A stretch of 64,000 nucleotides of DNA, taken from Trichoplax adhaerens (lineage: Eukaryota > Animalia > Placozoa). Numbering within the stretch: the first letter of the stretch is position 1; each line of letters opens with the position of its first letter. The stretch is taken from contig NW_002060945.1 of NCBI RefSeq assembly GCF_000150275.1, positions 7,183,607 to 7,247,606 on the forward strand, written 5' to 3'. Of this stretch, positions 12,814 through 27,588 are shown in pieces. Made by a program: the position numbers and the translations under genes. The notes beneath the pieces are model-generated. The model saw only the letters and a list, made by a program, of their open reading frames with translations, did not search any database and was not told the DNA's origin.

Positions 12814-15800
12814 GTTGGTGAGCAGTAGAACAACAGCGATCTCTAAATTACCAATTCATTTACGACTTACAGAATGATAACATTAGAGTAAATTTGTAAC
12901 CAAGACAATCTACTACGATACAGAACAGTGAAGTATCCCACGAACAAGTTGTACTAATGGATCACCAATTAAAAATTAGAGTTAACTTAAATCATCAAAA
13001 AGTAATTTCAATTCATTTGGCTGGAAATTATGCTATAATGGATTGTAATTGTCAATTTGCTAGTCGCACAGTATTTACAATAAGAGAAATATTTTTATGC
13101 GTCCAACTCACGTATCCGCAGATTTATAAAACTGTGCCTATTCGTTCAATTTCATCTCGACTCATTTTACGGTAGTACTCCATCAATTTCAGGCAGGACT
13201 AGGCTTGACATAAGGCCCCGCAGGTTTACGATGACTTCTTGCTATCCTTGGGTAGGGTATAAATGCTTAATCATATCATGCATTATGTATTCATAAACAT
13301 ATACTGTATACAGTATGCTGTGCGAGTGCAGCTAGTGAGCACTATACTGTATGTATGGAATAAATAAATAATAAAATTATATGTACATACACACGGTTCT
13401 GTACTGTACAGCAGAGGAATTAACCCTTTAAGAGAAAAAAAATTTCAAATTTTTTCATCACTCTAATTACGCAAAACATCAACTTTATTTTACTGTACTG
13501 TAGTGGAGGATGGGGGAAAATCCCAAAAGAATGTGCTGTTGGCTATCATGTTCAGTACAAGATAAGATAGTTCCAGATACTTACTTACCTGCACAGGACA
13601 AACATACAGTTTGTAAACCATATCTCAGACAGCTATTACACTCTTGTAAACAGGCCCGGATCCCCAACATTGCATTGGTTGAACACTTGAATTAGGATAG
13701 CGTTTTCTGCCCAATACTGAAACACGGAAATATTACAGCAACTCCTAAAATAGCGTTAGAGCAGTTATCACGGTACGAACTACCGTGAAGAAATAGCAAT
13801 CTAAATTTGGTTAATATAATATAGTGATAATATATTACAACTAGTTACTTACAGTAGGAATTAATTAATTATTAAATGTGTTACAGTAAATTTAATGCTG
13901 TGCTGTAATGTGTACTGTACTGAAATGATTCTGTGAATGGACATATTGTAGTCCGACTGTGAAAAATTAGTTAGTAGATGTTCTCACCTAAGTATTTTTA
14001 TAAGATGACTCGTGAATGTTAGCTGCTGTAGAAGGGTATATAAGCCCGTCAGATAGTTGAATAAAGCAGTTCTCAATTGTCTAGTTGAGTTTAACGTAGA
14101 ATCAAAGGCGTCTAAATTCTTATGAGGTAGTTAAAGGATACTGAATCCCGGAGACTATAGTAATTTAGAGATTTGTTTTACGTTATCCTTGTCACGAAGC
14201 TGGTTTGTGACAGTAGTAAAAATAAATTGCACAGATTGAACTGAGATATTTGTACTGTACCAATTTTCTCTATTTTTAATTTAAGAGTTCATCACCAGTG
14301 CCCAGTGCGGTGTATAGAAAAAGGCAGGACTAAAGGTCAGTCTTAAAATAATTAATTAATTAATTAATTAATAATTTTGAAGAAATTAATAATTTATATC
14401 GAGATAAACTGCTATTATGCTTTTCTTTTTTACTTATAGCGCACCAAGACCAAGGAGGGCTCCTTTTTCTGCCTTCAATTTCCTATGCGAACAATAATAT
14501 TGCACAACGTACAAGCAGATATTGCCACATGGAGCAGTGAAGCCGTAATAAGACCTTTTCACAATGTGATGGAACATCGAGGAATGTATTTCGTAAAATA
14601 ACGTTAGCTGTGGCACGTATAAACTTCATATTGTCTGTTATCGTCTCATTTAACTGAACCTAACTTTCAAAAATTTAATTCACAATCTATAATTATACGC
14701 TAGAAACTGAAACGAGGGACTAAGATATTTCCGCGACTTTAGTTAATGTAATTTTTCCCTTATCTTGATATCTTTATAACTTCTTTAGTACAGATTTCTC
14801 TTCTAACCACAGCAATAAAATGAAATGCATTATTATGCGTAGTACTATAGTATACTAGCTTATCATGCCAGCTTTTGATCAAGGTGAAGTCAAGGGTGCA
14901 CGTAAAAAGACAATTCTAGATAAAATGAATATTTGCTTGCTGTCATGTCAGCAGCACCTCGTATCAAGCAAAGTAAAATAAAGAAATAATATAGCATCCT
15001 TAATGTAATAATATTTATTTACGAATACTAATCTAAATTTATTATACGTACATGGCTAACCAAAGCTTTCGTATTAATTTAGGTTACAATTAAATCAAAT
15101 AAGTAGATTATTAACATTACAGCAATTACGAATAACATTTCTATAGAATAAATTTGCTTATATTGTTAACCAACAACTACAATTCAAGTTAAGAATTTAT
15201 TCCCGTTTACCCTATATCGCTAAGCACGTTATTGTATTCACAACGAGTTACCGGTACAATATATCAAGATAATAAAAACAATGATATATTGTGATTGCCA
15301 ATTATTGCCATAGCAGAAGCAATAGGGTTCAGTTCACATATCATCAAATGCATATTTACAACTTGTATTATATACTATATACTCTAATATATTAGAAGAA
15401 TATTGTAACAGATTAAAGAGCTCCATACAACGAATTAATTTTACTACCTATTTATAAGCTAAAGGAAATTGAAGATAGCAAAGAATCGAATAAAATAGAC
15501 CAATAAATGATATTAGATTAAAAATCTTAAAATAAAAGTTATAGGGAGCAAACAAAGCCTCCGGCAGCTGAGGTACGTAGTAAAGTATTTGCAATCAATT
15601 ACAGTAATGAATTAAAAATTTAGTTTATAATAATATATCCACGCCGGCAGTAATAACTTGGAGTGTTACAGTACACTAATTAAGAGAGCAATACATAAAT
15701 ACTATTTTCAGAAATTAGTTAAAAAATTTTTGTAACAAATAAGAGAAAAGCATTCAAATGCCTAGTGGAAACTAGGAAAATTTTATGCTAAAATTTTTAG

Positions 15801-15881
15801 CCCTTTTTATTAAATTAATGCAATGAAATCATAGATTTATTGCACTAGTTACGTAAGTAATCACATGGCTTACGTAGTGAA

Positions 15882-18800
15882 CTATAACTTGCTCACACGA
15901 ACATTTCTTGTACTACCAAATGTATGAGGTTTTTCACGCTCTCTTAGCGTATTATTCGTAACCACAACACACGGGGTAGATTTGCTAACTTCACGATTTT
16001 TGCCAAATTCTTGCCGCTGCAGTATAGTAGAATCACGGGATGCGGTAATAGTTTGAATAATAGAACCACTGCCATGCTGACTGTTTAAGACTTTCTTATT
16101 AAGTATTAAATTTTTACTGGAAATTTGATCGTTGCTGCTTTCACTGGTACTTTTTCTCGAGATACTACTGCTGCTACGGGTGGTACCTGATAAACTGTCA
16201 TATCTTTCGTTATTAATCGAGTTCGCACTGTTAGCAGTGTCTCTAATTTCCAATCCTAGTGCAGCTGCTCGTTCTTTCTCCGCATTTCTTGTCTCATCTT
16301 TCATTGCAGCTTCAGCGCACTCCTCTGAGTGATAATAGGATATTTCTTGAAAGGATTCTGGCAAGTCGGGAAGTAACAAGGCGATAATTTCTCGAAATCT
16401 TGGTCTTAACTTTGGCTGAAACTGCGTACACGCAACCATGAGGCGGTACCTAAGATAGTTAAAATATAATATTATGGACATTTGCTAAGATAAGAAAGGC
16501 AACGAGGATAGACATTAAAAATATATATAAAGCATTAAAATATAGATCATTTACAATTTGTCAGAGCAATAAGGTGGTCTTTCTAAGCCTCCACCATCTA
16601 AAACGTATTTTAAAACATCCTCATTCGACTTTCCGGGATACGGTTGTTCGGAAAGAGTAGCAATTTCCCAAAGTACTACGCCATAGGACCTTTAAAATTT
16701 TAATAGTAAAAGGCTAAATTAAAATTACGCCCGTATATTAGACCAAATATTTAATGTCTAACCACAGTTTGTAACAAAGAATATTTTGATGCATCTTACC
16801 ATACATCTGTTGCTGATGTAAAAACACCGTCTCGTAAGGATTCTGGTGGCATCCAACGAACAGGCAACATTCCTATATTCAAGTTATAATTCGCATTAAT
16901 ACTTTTAAATGTTATATAACTGATTCTATTGACGGTTTGTAAGGATACAATCGTAATAAAATAAGGACTCGTATTTTCATACCCTTTCCACCTTTACGGT
17001 AATAGTCACTGGCGTAAACGTCGCGTGTCATGCCAAAATCTGAGAGGCACGAAATGTTGAAATTTAAAATTAAGAAATTTTTTTACGTTATTAATAAACT
17101 CTTTAAGTATTTTAATTCAAACAATTAAGCAGTGTTCTTACCTCCGATCTTTACGATAAAATCTCCGGAAACCATGCAATTACGCGCCGCTAAGTCTCTA
17201 ATTAATACATAAGTAGTAAACTGGATATAAATTGCATAAATGACGATAACTACATAATATTTACTATTAATATTTCAAAACTGATGCTAAAACGTAGCGA
17301 CTTATAGTTGATTTCGTTTTAAAATAATAACAGAATATCAAGCCCTTACAAAGAATTCGTTCCTAGAAATAGATTAATTTTATACAAATTTGAAAACTAC
17401 GCGCAACCAACCTGTGTACAAATTTTTTATCACTTAGATACAACATTCCATCGGCTATTTCGGCCGCCATTTTATGAAATTGTACATCGGAAGGTCGGTT
17501 AGGATTGGGTTTCAAGTACTATACATTTTCAAAGGTCGTATAAATTGGAATAATTTTAACTCAAAATTCTTTATAAAATCTCATTAGATAATTTAATATA
17601 TGATTATACGTATACATGTATATTGCTGCCTACATAATCTGGGCTATCAGCATCTTCTCGAAGCGATCTTAAATGATTTTTTAAATCGCCGTTAGCCATT
17701 AACTCCATAATAACTAAAGGTGGAAGTCCTTGCGAAACGATTCCAAGCAATCGGACCACATGATTACAATCAAATTGCCTACGATTATCCCAACATAGGA
17801 CCAAAATTTAGTAAGTAGAGGAGCAATAATGTAATTATAGCATTTATGCATAGTATTTACGGATATGTGTGTATTCGTATTATATTATATCGCACTAATT
17901 AATAATTTGCAAATGTAATAGAAGGTGTGAAATATTACTTCATAATACAAGCTTCATTTAGAAACTCCTGGCGCTCTCGGAAACTAGCTTTCTCGTTCAC
18001 CGTCTACGATAAAAATGAAATAATCAATTACTATGATAATCATTTCTGACTGGTAAAATGGACTTTGTATGGTTAATATGGTTATCGATTGGTATACTTA
18101 ACTGACCTTTACAGCTACTTTTGTTTTTAGTTCTCCATAAATAATATCAGCAGCTTCACCAAGATATACCATACCGAACGCACCTTTACCTAATTCCTTC
18201 AATAGCGCTATTTTTTCACGTTCAAACTCCCAATCATCAGGAATATAAACTATAATAGTTACAATAGATAAGCATTAGTGATATGAAATAAATAGTAATC
18301 ATTCCGATAGGTTCATATGAAATTATCTCTTGTTACTTTTTATTAACTTAATGAATGAAAATATATATACAGTACGTATAGAAAACAATCTTACCATCTG
18401 CAGCATTCATATAATCGGGGTTGATTGATTCTATAAATTCTTTGTGCTTTTGCTTAAATCTGAGTAAATATTGCCAAGTTAATGAAGAGTTTTAGTATAG
18501 TTCATAAGGCAATAGTCTAATTTACCGTCTTCTTAGGTAGTACCATATCCCTCCACCGGCAGTTAGGATAACAAAAACTGCAGCACTAACAATAGAGGCT
18601 ACGGTAATGACCTGAGCTCGAGCTTCGAGTAATAAAGGAAGAGATTTAATTTTCCAATAAAGACATATGAAATATATAGTAATGCAGTAGGGTACCGTTA
18701 CATCATAAACTCATCATATACCTTACAGAAACTGCTTAGAATTTAGTCATTACTAAAATTTATTGTTTAGAGTAGAAAGTAATCAGTTGCGACATCACAT

Positions 18801-21800
18801 TTTACCTTCTATATTTATAAACTCCACTGAAATATTACCAGCCCAGGAACTGTTTCCAGCCAAAGATGTTGCTTTTACGTCAAAAATGTAAAAACCATAT
18901 CTACCTAACCCAATTTCATGACCGATTCCTTCACTATAATTTGCGGCATCTACACATCTGGATTCCATCTAAAGAGAGAATTATACGACGGTTTGTATAC
19001 ATGATCGCAAGTTTGTGATATTACAAAAATCAATATACTGTATACTGTACTACTAATTAAGCAAATCAAATATATAGTAAACAAGATAAATGCTGATACC
19101 TTATCGTATTTCAAGCCCCCGAGATACCGAACTTCATCCTCATAGCGAGTAATTCTAATCTCATACGCTAATATATGCCCACCATTTGGATTCACAGGTG
19201 TACTCCAATTCATTACTACGTCATAGCTGTTGGGAACTTTTACCACACTTACATTTTCAATTTGATCTCTTTTCACTAGAATCGTATGTAATCAATTTCA
19301 TCAATGAAATATATGCTATACCCTACATGACAAACTACAGACTGAATATATACTTACCATCAGGTAAGGTCCTGATATTATATAAATCGTAAGCGGAATC
19401 ATCACGAATAGAAGGACATTTGCTATTGCATGGAATTATCTATACGTAGAAAAGGTATATGGTTCCAATTATCATCTCATAATACACTGTATTTCTGTCG
19501 TCAACTAAGTCGAAGTTGATATCGGACATTACACACGAAATTTTACATAAAGAGTTAAAATTTCAACTTACCGTTACACTATATTTAGTAAAAGACTTTA
19601 AATTGTCCAACGTAATGTATGTATCACGAATTTGTTTAACTATAATAGGAGCAGGAGTCGCCTTAGGTGTTGATGTCGTTTGAACGGTAGACCTACTCAT
19701 AGAAACGGTAGTAAGTTCTGTTGTTGCTATGGTAGTTGGCATTGTAGTAGCTTTCGTGGTAGGTCTTGCAGTTGTCGCTATTCAAGAAAGAATTTTTTAA
19801 CAGAAAATATACCCATTAAAATGTACTTGGGGATATATTAAATCATGGCCAAAATGCAGAAAATAGGTAACAATAATACAATCATATCGAACATGATTAG
19901 CATACCAGTTGTTGGAGTCGGGGTTGTTACATTCGCAGTCGATACCGTAGTAGGTGCTGCCGTTTTTTTATAGAAAAAGAGTTGAGTAAGATATTCATAA
20001 AAATTTTGATTTTCACTTTGGATATCTTTAGCTTCAGATTGACTTAATGTTGGTACAGCAGTAGCTAAACACGGACAACTATCGTTTACAGCCACTGGAG
20101 GTGTAGGTGTTGCATCAACGATAGGTTTAATTACAAGGTTCGGGATGACAGTACCGCTAGCAGTGCAAACTTCTGTTGGCAAAATTTCTCTCTCTATACG
20201 CTGCTGGTACAATATTTTGTAAGTTAAGTTGAGACCATTAGGAGAAGACGGAGGATCCCAAGAGATTCGAAAGGATGACGGCGAAAGGTTGATGTATTCT
20301 ATATTTCTTATTTCCGTGGGTTCTGTAGGCAAATGATAATTTAAATATCTTAGGGAAAATATATACCATAACGGATAGATTGTTAATGTACTTAGAACTT
20401 GCCATAGTTATAAGTAGAATAATTTTAGATCAACAGTTAGATAGCATGTTAGAATTGGGCAATTCCATAATTTACTAACAAATACATAGTTTACACGTAC
20501 TAGCAATTAGCAATTCCTTTTACATGACAAAAAACAAAGAGCTCATAGAGTGTGTAATCTTGGTTACACGCTATACACGTATAAAGTGGCAAGCGAACTA
20601 CCATAATTAGAATCTTCCTTTGCAGCAAGTAAAGTGCATATATTACTACAACATCGTGTAGTGAGATTAATTTCAAGACTGGCGTAAGAAACCATTTGGT
20701 ACGCTAAATGGGTATATTATTAGTACAGTATACCATACTTACGCACGTCAGGCGATACGTAATATTTAATATCACTTATAGCTCCAACGCGGCTGATGGT
20801 TAAGGTTTTAACGTATACAGCGTATATCGTATTCGGCTTTAAATTTTTGATCTCAGTTTTGTTTTCTTCAGCGTCGACAATGATCTCTTGCCATCTATAA
20901 ATTGCATAATATAATGGAATAATAAAAACAAAGTACGACAATAAGAACACCAGCCAGTCATAAAACTGTTGATTATAATAATATTCTTATATTCAAGGTA
21001 AATTTGTCCGACATGTAAAAATTTAATAATTCGAGAGTAGTTACTATAATCTTAGCATACACTTTAACTCCGCACGCGTCAACACCATCATAAACGGTCA
21101 CGTTGAGGTTAGTCCTGAATGAGAGTAATTTGAAATCCTGCGTGAGTACATCGACACTAAAATAGCAAGTACTCCAATTAAAGGGTTTTCAAATTTGTAC
21201 ATTATTACTTACGTAGGCCGATAGTATACGATGTAGTTTACTAGCTTATTAGATCCTCCAAGTAGAAGGGTATCGATCAGCACCCACTCCACTTTTAAAC
21301 TAATTTTGCGGTAGCTATATCGTACCACAGGTTGAAATGTTGTAATATTAATCGGAAGAATGGTGCCTAATGCAACAACCATTAAAGAAAATTGTAAGAT
21401 TTTAAGCATACTCAGTAGGCAGTTATAGAATTTTGATCAATTAACACGGTATTAATGACCAAATAACATAAAAAAATGCTATGATTTATGCGGTGTTTGA
21501 CTTCCTTTACAAAAGTAGAAATGTTGATATCTGAAACCGTTACGAAAGACTGAGATACCCACATTGAATTTGATCTCCATTGGTTTGTTCTGGGATATCT
21601 AATGGCGACGTATTATTTTCTTGCCCGATTTCTTTGGCTAGTCTAACAATAAGGTTATGGCATAAGCGTGGGTTGAAATGGAAGAATAACTTCCCTCTCT
21701 TGACTTTTAGTTTATCTTCCGTTTTCGGTTGCCATAAATTTTCTAAATTCCGGTTGTCAAGCATAACAATAGCGTAGCTATGGAATATAAAGGTTATCAT

Positions 21801-24589
21801 ATAAATCGTTATCCATTTCTCGATTATTATTTTTCTACTGTTGTATTTAGTTTACGATACAGTATTGGGCAAGTAACCCTAAACATATAATTTTCACCGG
21901 TGAAACGAATTCAATACGATATCACTATGGCGGCGAAGTGAGTGTAATTTGTAAATGCATTTGCAGTCGAGCGAATTTTAGTTTACTTTCTTATCACTTA
22001 TCATTCACACTGGATGTAGCTTAATTACTGTTACATATATGCTATAGTAATGAAATAAGAAAACAATGTTTGGCGTACCCATTTCCTTCCTTATCGGTTC
22101 TGGCTAGTTGATTACCATGAATAATTTTTAGATTCTTTAAGAACTCTAAACTGACGATAGAAGGTGTGCTAGATATCTCCAAGTAACCTTCGATCTCTTC
22201 CACGTTGCTAAGAGCATCTTCCAATTCTTTCACAATATTTCCAGCTATCAATATGACAGTGTATCAATACAATATGGTTAAGAAACGGATTACAAACTGT
22301 TCAACCTTAATGTATCATGCGCACATATCATAAATTGTTATAGCAAGCACATATTTAAGCTTACAGCCATAAGTTATCCGAATGATCAGGTTGCCCTTTA
22401 ATACCGTACAGCGTTTCAGATTTTGTAACCGATGATCGATTGACGATATAACAATGTTTTGGCCTTCATTATTCTTCATATCACATTCTAGTTATAATAA
22501 TATTTCCTGGTTAATAGGAGAAGCCTTACGACACTTTTTGCTTAATATTAAATCTCGCTATAGCATGCTAATAATTTTAAAATTGTTTTTACTTTAAATC
22601 GGGCTATGATTAATATAAACATACTGTACCTCTTTTACATCCATCACAAACAATGCACTCTTTGGTCGCTTCAAACTCTATCCATCCTTTAGGACAACTT
22701 CTTATACAGCTAAGTTTATGACGATATGATCCTGCTGGACAATGCCTCACACAGTGTCCTTCCACCTATACAATAATATGATTTGGAGAATAGCACAAAT
22801 TTAAGGTTTTGGTACTCAATTTTTGTGTTTAGGTATGATTTATTATAACTAACTAGAACTTCAGTCGACTAAAAGAGGTTTACATAAATAATGCATAGTT
22901 TATAAATTACTATGATATAGAATAAGTTGCATCTGTATGCTTGGTATTGATACTGAATGTAATCAAGAATAAAAGTTATCACAGATGATATTAGTTCATA
23001 GAAACCGTAATTATTTTTCTCATTATTTAAAATTATTTTCTATCGCAATCGTTACCTCATAAGTGCCAAAAGGACATCCTGTCATGCAAGTACCATTATA
23101 ATTTTGGTGTTTACATACGTAGCAATTACTGGCTTGCGGACCAAAACATCCACCCAAACACTCAGCATGACAGCACTTGCCATTGCTATCGCAACCAGAT
23201 TCACCGCAACTATCGCAAACTATCGAATAAACCAACATTAGGATCAGTAAATTATGAATAAGTAGCAATTACAATGTATCAGATTAGCTAATACCTTCTA
23301 AGGAGATGCTAGGGTACAAGTACACTACGCTGTTATTTAATTGAGAATTTACTGTGTGTCTGTCAAGACTACACGAAAGGTCGAAAGCAATATTGAATTT
23401 ATTTATTGTTATACAGATCAAGATACTCTAAAATAAAAAACTGGCTGTAGTGAGTATAATATAAAGTAAAAAAGTACATAGACAGTACACAAAGTATCAT
23501 GAGCAAGGGAGGGGCTCTACAGTAGTAAATGTAATTTATTAATCAATCAACATACTGATTTGGCATTTCTGTGCATTCCAACAATAACCATTGCATTTAG
23601 CTGGACAAGTTGGGCAATTAGTCGGTAAAGTTTTTGTGATGACTCTATCAGGTGCATAACTTGATCCCATAACACTTGACCATTTAATAGTATTATAGTA
23701 GCACATATTCTGATTGTACTGGATTCTGACTTTACCGCGTTCGATTTTGGTGAGTGAAGGTAATGACATGTCTAGCAATTGCCGATCATAATAAAGAAGC
23801 AAAGTAAAGCCATAAAAGAATTGATTGCCACGGATTACTCGTAAATTTGGAAACATAAAACCAAGGGAGGTTGGATATTTGCCAGCTACTAAACCCATTA
23901 CTAGAGATCCAGTAATTTCCCGTAAATCAGGGAATATTGAAGAATTGATTTGTGCTTGTGTATTCATTCGATAGTTGGCAAAAAAAATTGATCCAACGTA
24001 GACCGTACAACCTCTTAAGATAGGAGCATCAACGATTTGTTTAATAATTAGTCCCTCGCCGGAAGGTTCATAACATACTACAAGAGAATAATAATAAATA
24101 AACTGAGTAAAGCCAGATCACTCCGTACTAAAGTGTAAAGTGAAGACAGAAGACCATTATCAATCAAGTTCTAAAGTGTTTATGAAACGATTAACTATTA
24201 CATGCCACCTACCGGTATATCATTACACACAAAAACAATAATAGAAAATATCTACAAATCAATCAATGCCGCAATATGCATAAAGTCTGATAAAGGTCCT
24301 TGGAATACTGTAGTTGAAATCAGTTTAATTCTGAATAAGTTCATAAAATATTTCACATAGACATTTATTGTTAATCTAAGTCACCACGGTGCACTGTGTT
24401 ATGTACAGGATAGATGAATGAACATAGATGGTATTACGCGTATTATGGTATCACGTGCGGAAAGTTGATTTCCTGTATCTTCGTCTTACCTTTGCTAGGT
24501 AGCTGACAATCAACCAAACCAATAGAACATATCAACCCAAGCGAAAGAAGCATCATGATATCTACGGTGATAAACTTCATTCTGGCCAT
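15882..24589 (-). CDS. INSR: Insulin/IGF receptor-family tyrosine kinase, paralog 2 (InR-2), about 26 exons, apparently intact
   Basis: Signal exon 24490-24589 ([28 protein letters not shown]). L1 exon 23556-24077. CR exons 23056-23219 and 22630-22765. L2, FnIII, TM (about 18526-18624), NPDY. Kinase motifs [39 protein letters not shown] (exon 16983-17039), RWMPPE. Stop at 15882. Intron positions match InR-1. Confidence 0.95.
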
Positions 24590-27192
24590 GATGAAGCTAT
24601 TCTTCAAGAGGCAAACCAATTACCGTTTACCCACTTCGAGAGCTTTTTAGGGATACTGTCATTCACTAATTGGGTAATTACCACATGTAGTGTTGATAGG
24701 AAAAGCAAAAAGTCCTTCGAAGCTAAAACTAGTCAGAAAATCACGTCAATCGATTAGTCACATACGTTACGAGTGTTAATAAAAAGCACAAATAGGTACA
24801 GTTTAGCAGGTTATTTTTGTCCATTTTGTCCTTTTATTGCTCTTGGCTTTTTCTATTTAATTAATTCAATTAAATAAATGAAGAATTGACGTAATGGACA
24901 TATCGTCCATCGCAGTGGTGTAAATGGTGTGCTAGCAAAAGTAAATATGAAGAGTGTCAATTTCTGACTTTTGGTTATAGTAAAAATGGCTTTGTAAAAT
25001 TGGAAATGATACAGTCCACTATCATTTTAAGCGGAGTTGAGTGTTACTGATCTCCAAAATAGTGATCAATCCTGTACATTAATACAGACGAATGACCAAA
25101 GCAGGGTGCGTTTAGGTATTTTCGAAGCTATTTACAGTTGGTGTTGACGCGTTTCCATACAGTACAATGTACTGTATTGGACAATACTACAGTACTGTGC
25201 TTTACAATATTCGGAGTCACTAAGTACTGTACTGTACTGTCGAGTTTGAATCGGGTTGTTTCAAACAGTTACCACAGCAGTCCATCAGCGCTGTGCCAAG
25301 CCGTGCATCTCAACCTTTACAGAGCAGTACTGTACTGTAGGTTTCCAGTCAGTGATAGGCAAGCCTCTAGTTTGTAGATTACAGTATACCAGTTCGAGAG
25401 AGATGACAACTAATTTTGGAAATGCTGTTTTTACTGAGCGTAACTGCAGTTTAGAGAGTTCTAAAACGTTCTTAAAAGACTGTTTTTACACTGATTGTAT
25501 AAAATCTAAGCAAGTAATAAATGTACGTGCACCGCACTACACTACACTACTACATCGCAATTTATCTCAATTGACGAAATGTCGAAGAATGATCGATCGT
25601 TTGCCGTAATCGTGGTATTAATCAGTAGAGTTAATAAGGACACTGTTATGTTCATATAGTTCTATTCATATACAGCAATAAACCGTAAAAATACGTTTTT
25701 AGAGAATGCAGACTAGGCTAGCAATCGAATCTAACTGTTTATTACAGAGGTGCTTGCGCGAATGTTAACGCATACGTAAATGTGAAAAGTATGATCCTAA
25801 GTTAGTAATACATTAAGTAGTGTGCTGTATTGCTATATACTTTGTACTATAATCCTAAACAGGTCTTGATCTTTTCTAAATTGGCCAAAGTAAAACGAAG
25901 TATCATAAAGAGTTCATATCAAGACTGATCGTCTGTCCTGACGAGCAGTTACGCGGAATATTTATATTTCTTGCTATCTGTTATTAAACATGGCAGTAGA
26001 TTAACCGATTAAATGCTTTTGCTAATAATTAATTATACATCATTATGATTATACATGTCGTAACGTGCGTACAAGGTACTAAATGTAAAACCCAGACGAT
26101 CAGTATCAACGGTTTTTGTTAATAAACCTTTTGACGTTTTCACTGAAAAAATATCCAGTATAGCGGTGTAATGTGCTTAATCATCATCAATTACTGTTGT
26201 CGACGAGTCATTCTAGTGCAATACGTAGAGATATAGAATATAATACTATATAATAAGATGAAATTTGATATGTACAATGCACTGTACTGTACTTCTACTC
26301 GTGCAGTACTGTATGTTTCGCGTTTATGACCTTACATGTAGCAAGCGCGCCTGGAAAAGTTGTAATTATTGGAAATATTTAGGACCGAATATGTACATTA
26401 TTTACTTCTATTGGTACACATATTACAGTATACAGTATTGTGAAGGAGTACACAACTAAAATTCTTCATTTTTAGTTGTCGTGAGTCGTGTCCAGCGGGG
26501 ACCGGAGACGCGTATTACATATACAGCAGATGCGTACAGTATAGCAATAATTAACAAATACTGTAAACTATGCCGTACTGAGTGTTGTGGTCTACACCCA
26601 AGACTTTTCAAGTATTGTATCAGGGATTGTATCGTATCGTCCAGTATTCGCATACCGGAGACTTCTATTGTACTACAAATTTCTACCACGTATGGAACTC
26701 GTAGCTACCTTAGACTGGCACTCATAGCAACAAAAAAGTCGAATGTAGGATCAATTTAGTCTTTCTAAAATTGATACAGTCTATTCGGAAAGAGTGACAT
26801 AAGCGCCAAGATCCTGTAAGAAAATGATTGACGTAAAAGTAGTCCAACATTTAGAGTATACAGTACTGTACAGTACTATCGAAGTTTGTCTCAATATCAT
26901 CCTTATTTTCATTGCTGTACTGTACGTAGTGTAGTTTGAAGAAGAAATCTGTGCTTACTGAGTACAGTTATTACGGAATTGGGATCAACATTGCAATATT
27001 TCATAGCTTCACTGGTGAAAAGCGTCCTATCTGAGGATCTATTTTATCCATGAATGCACTACTTTATTTATTAATAGTTACAGTATGATCGACTAAAGTT
27101 ATTAGTCCGTCTATAGAACTTACGTTCATGGGATTCCCTTATTTTTTTGCTTTAAGAATTTGATTTCGTTCTTGAGCAATCAACACATCAAC

Positions 27193-27445
27193 NNNNNNNN
27201 NNNNNNNNNNNNNNNNNNNNNNNNNNNNNNNNNNNNNNNNNNNNNNNNNNNNNNNNNNNNNNNNNNNNNNNNNNNNNNNNNNNNNNNNNNNNNNNNNNNN
27301 NNNNNNNNNNNNNNNNNNNNNNNNNNNNNNNNNNNNNNNNNNNNNNNNNNNNNNNNNNNNNNNNNNNNNNNNNNNNNNNNNNNNNNNNNNNNNNNNNNNN
27401 NNNNNNNNNNNNNNNNNNNNNNNNNNNNNNNNNNNNNNNNNNNNN
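27193..27445. other. Assembly gap (253 N)
   Basis: Run of N. Confidence 0.99.
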
Positions 27446-27588
27446 ACAGATCAAGATACTCTAAAATAAAAAACTGGCTGTAGTGAGTATAATATAAAGT
27501 AAAAAAGTACATAGACAGTACACAAAGTATCATGAGCAAGGGAGGGGCTCTACAGTAGTAAATGTAATTTATTAATCAATCAACATAC

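Noticed and set aside
15849-15881. Hairpin (TACGTAAG...CTTACGTA) just after the InR-2 stop as a readthrough signal
   Set aside because: Another in-frame stop follows within four codons, and the stem is short.
11523-15881. Insulin-like peptide gene clustered with the receptors
   Set aside because: No frame with a signal peptide and B/A-chain cysteine pattern (CG..., CC...C...C) was found in the stretches translated; the search was not exhaustive.
15882-15893. Peroxisomal PTS1 (-SKL) on InR-2
   Set aside because: The protein has a signal peptide and TM helix, so matrix import is implausible.
25138-26759. Short ORFs here and at 30296-31667, 35508-36579, 44625-45884 and 55893-56997
   Set aside because: Translations are dominated by ACAGT-derived Y/S/T/V/Q/C/L runs or lack any recognisable domain or splice-consistent structure.
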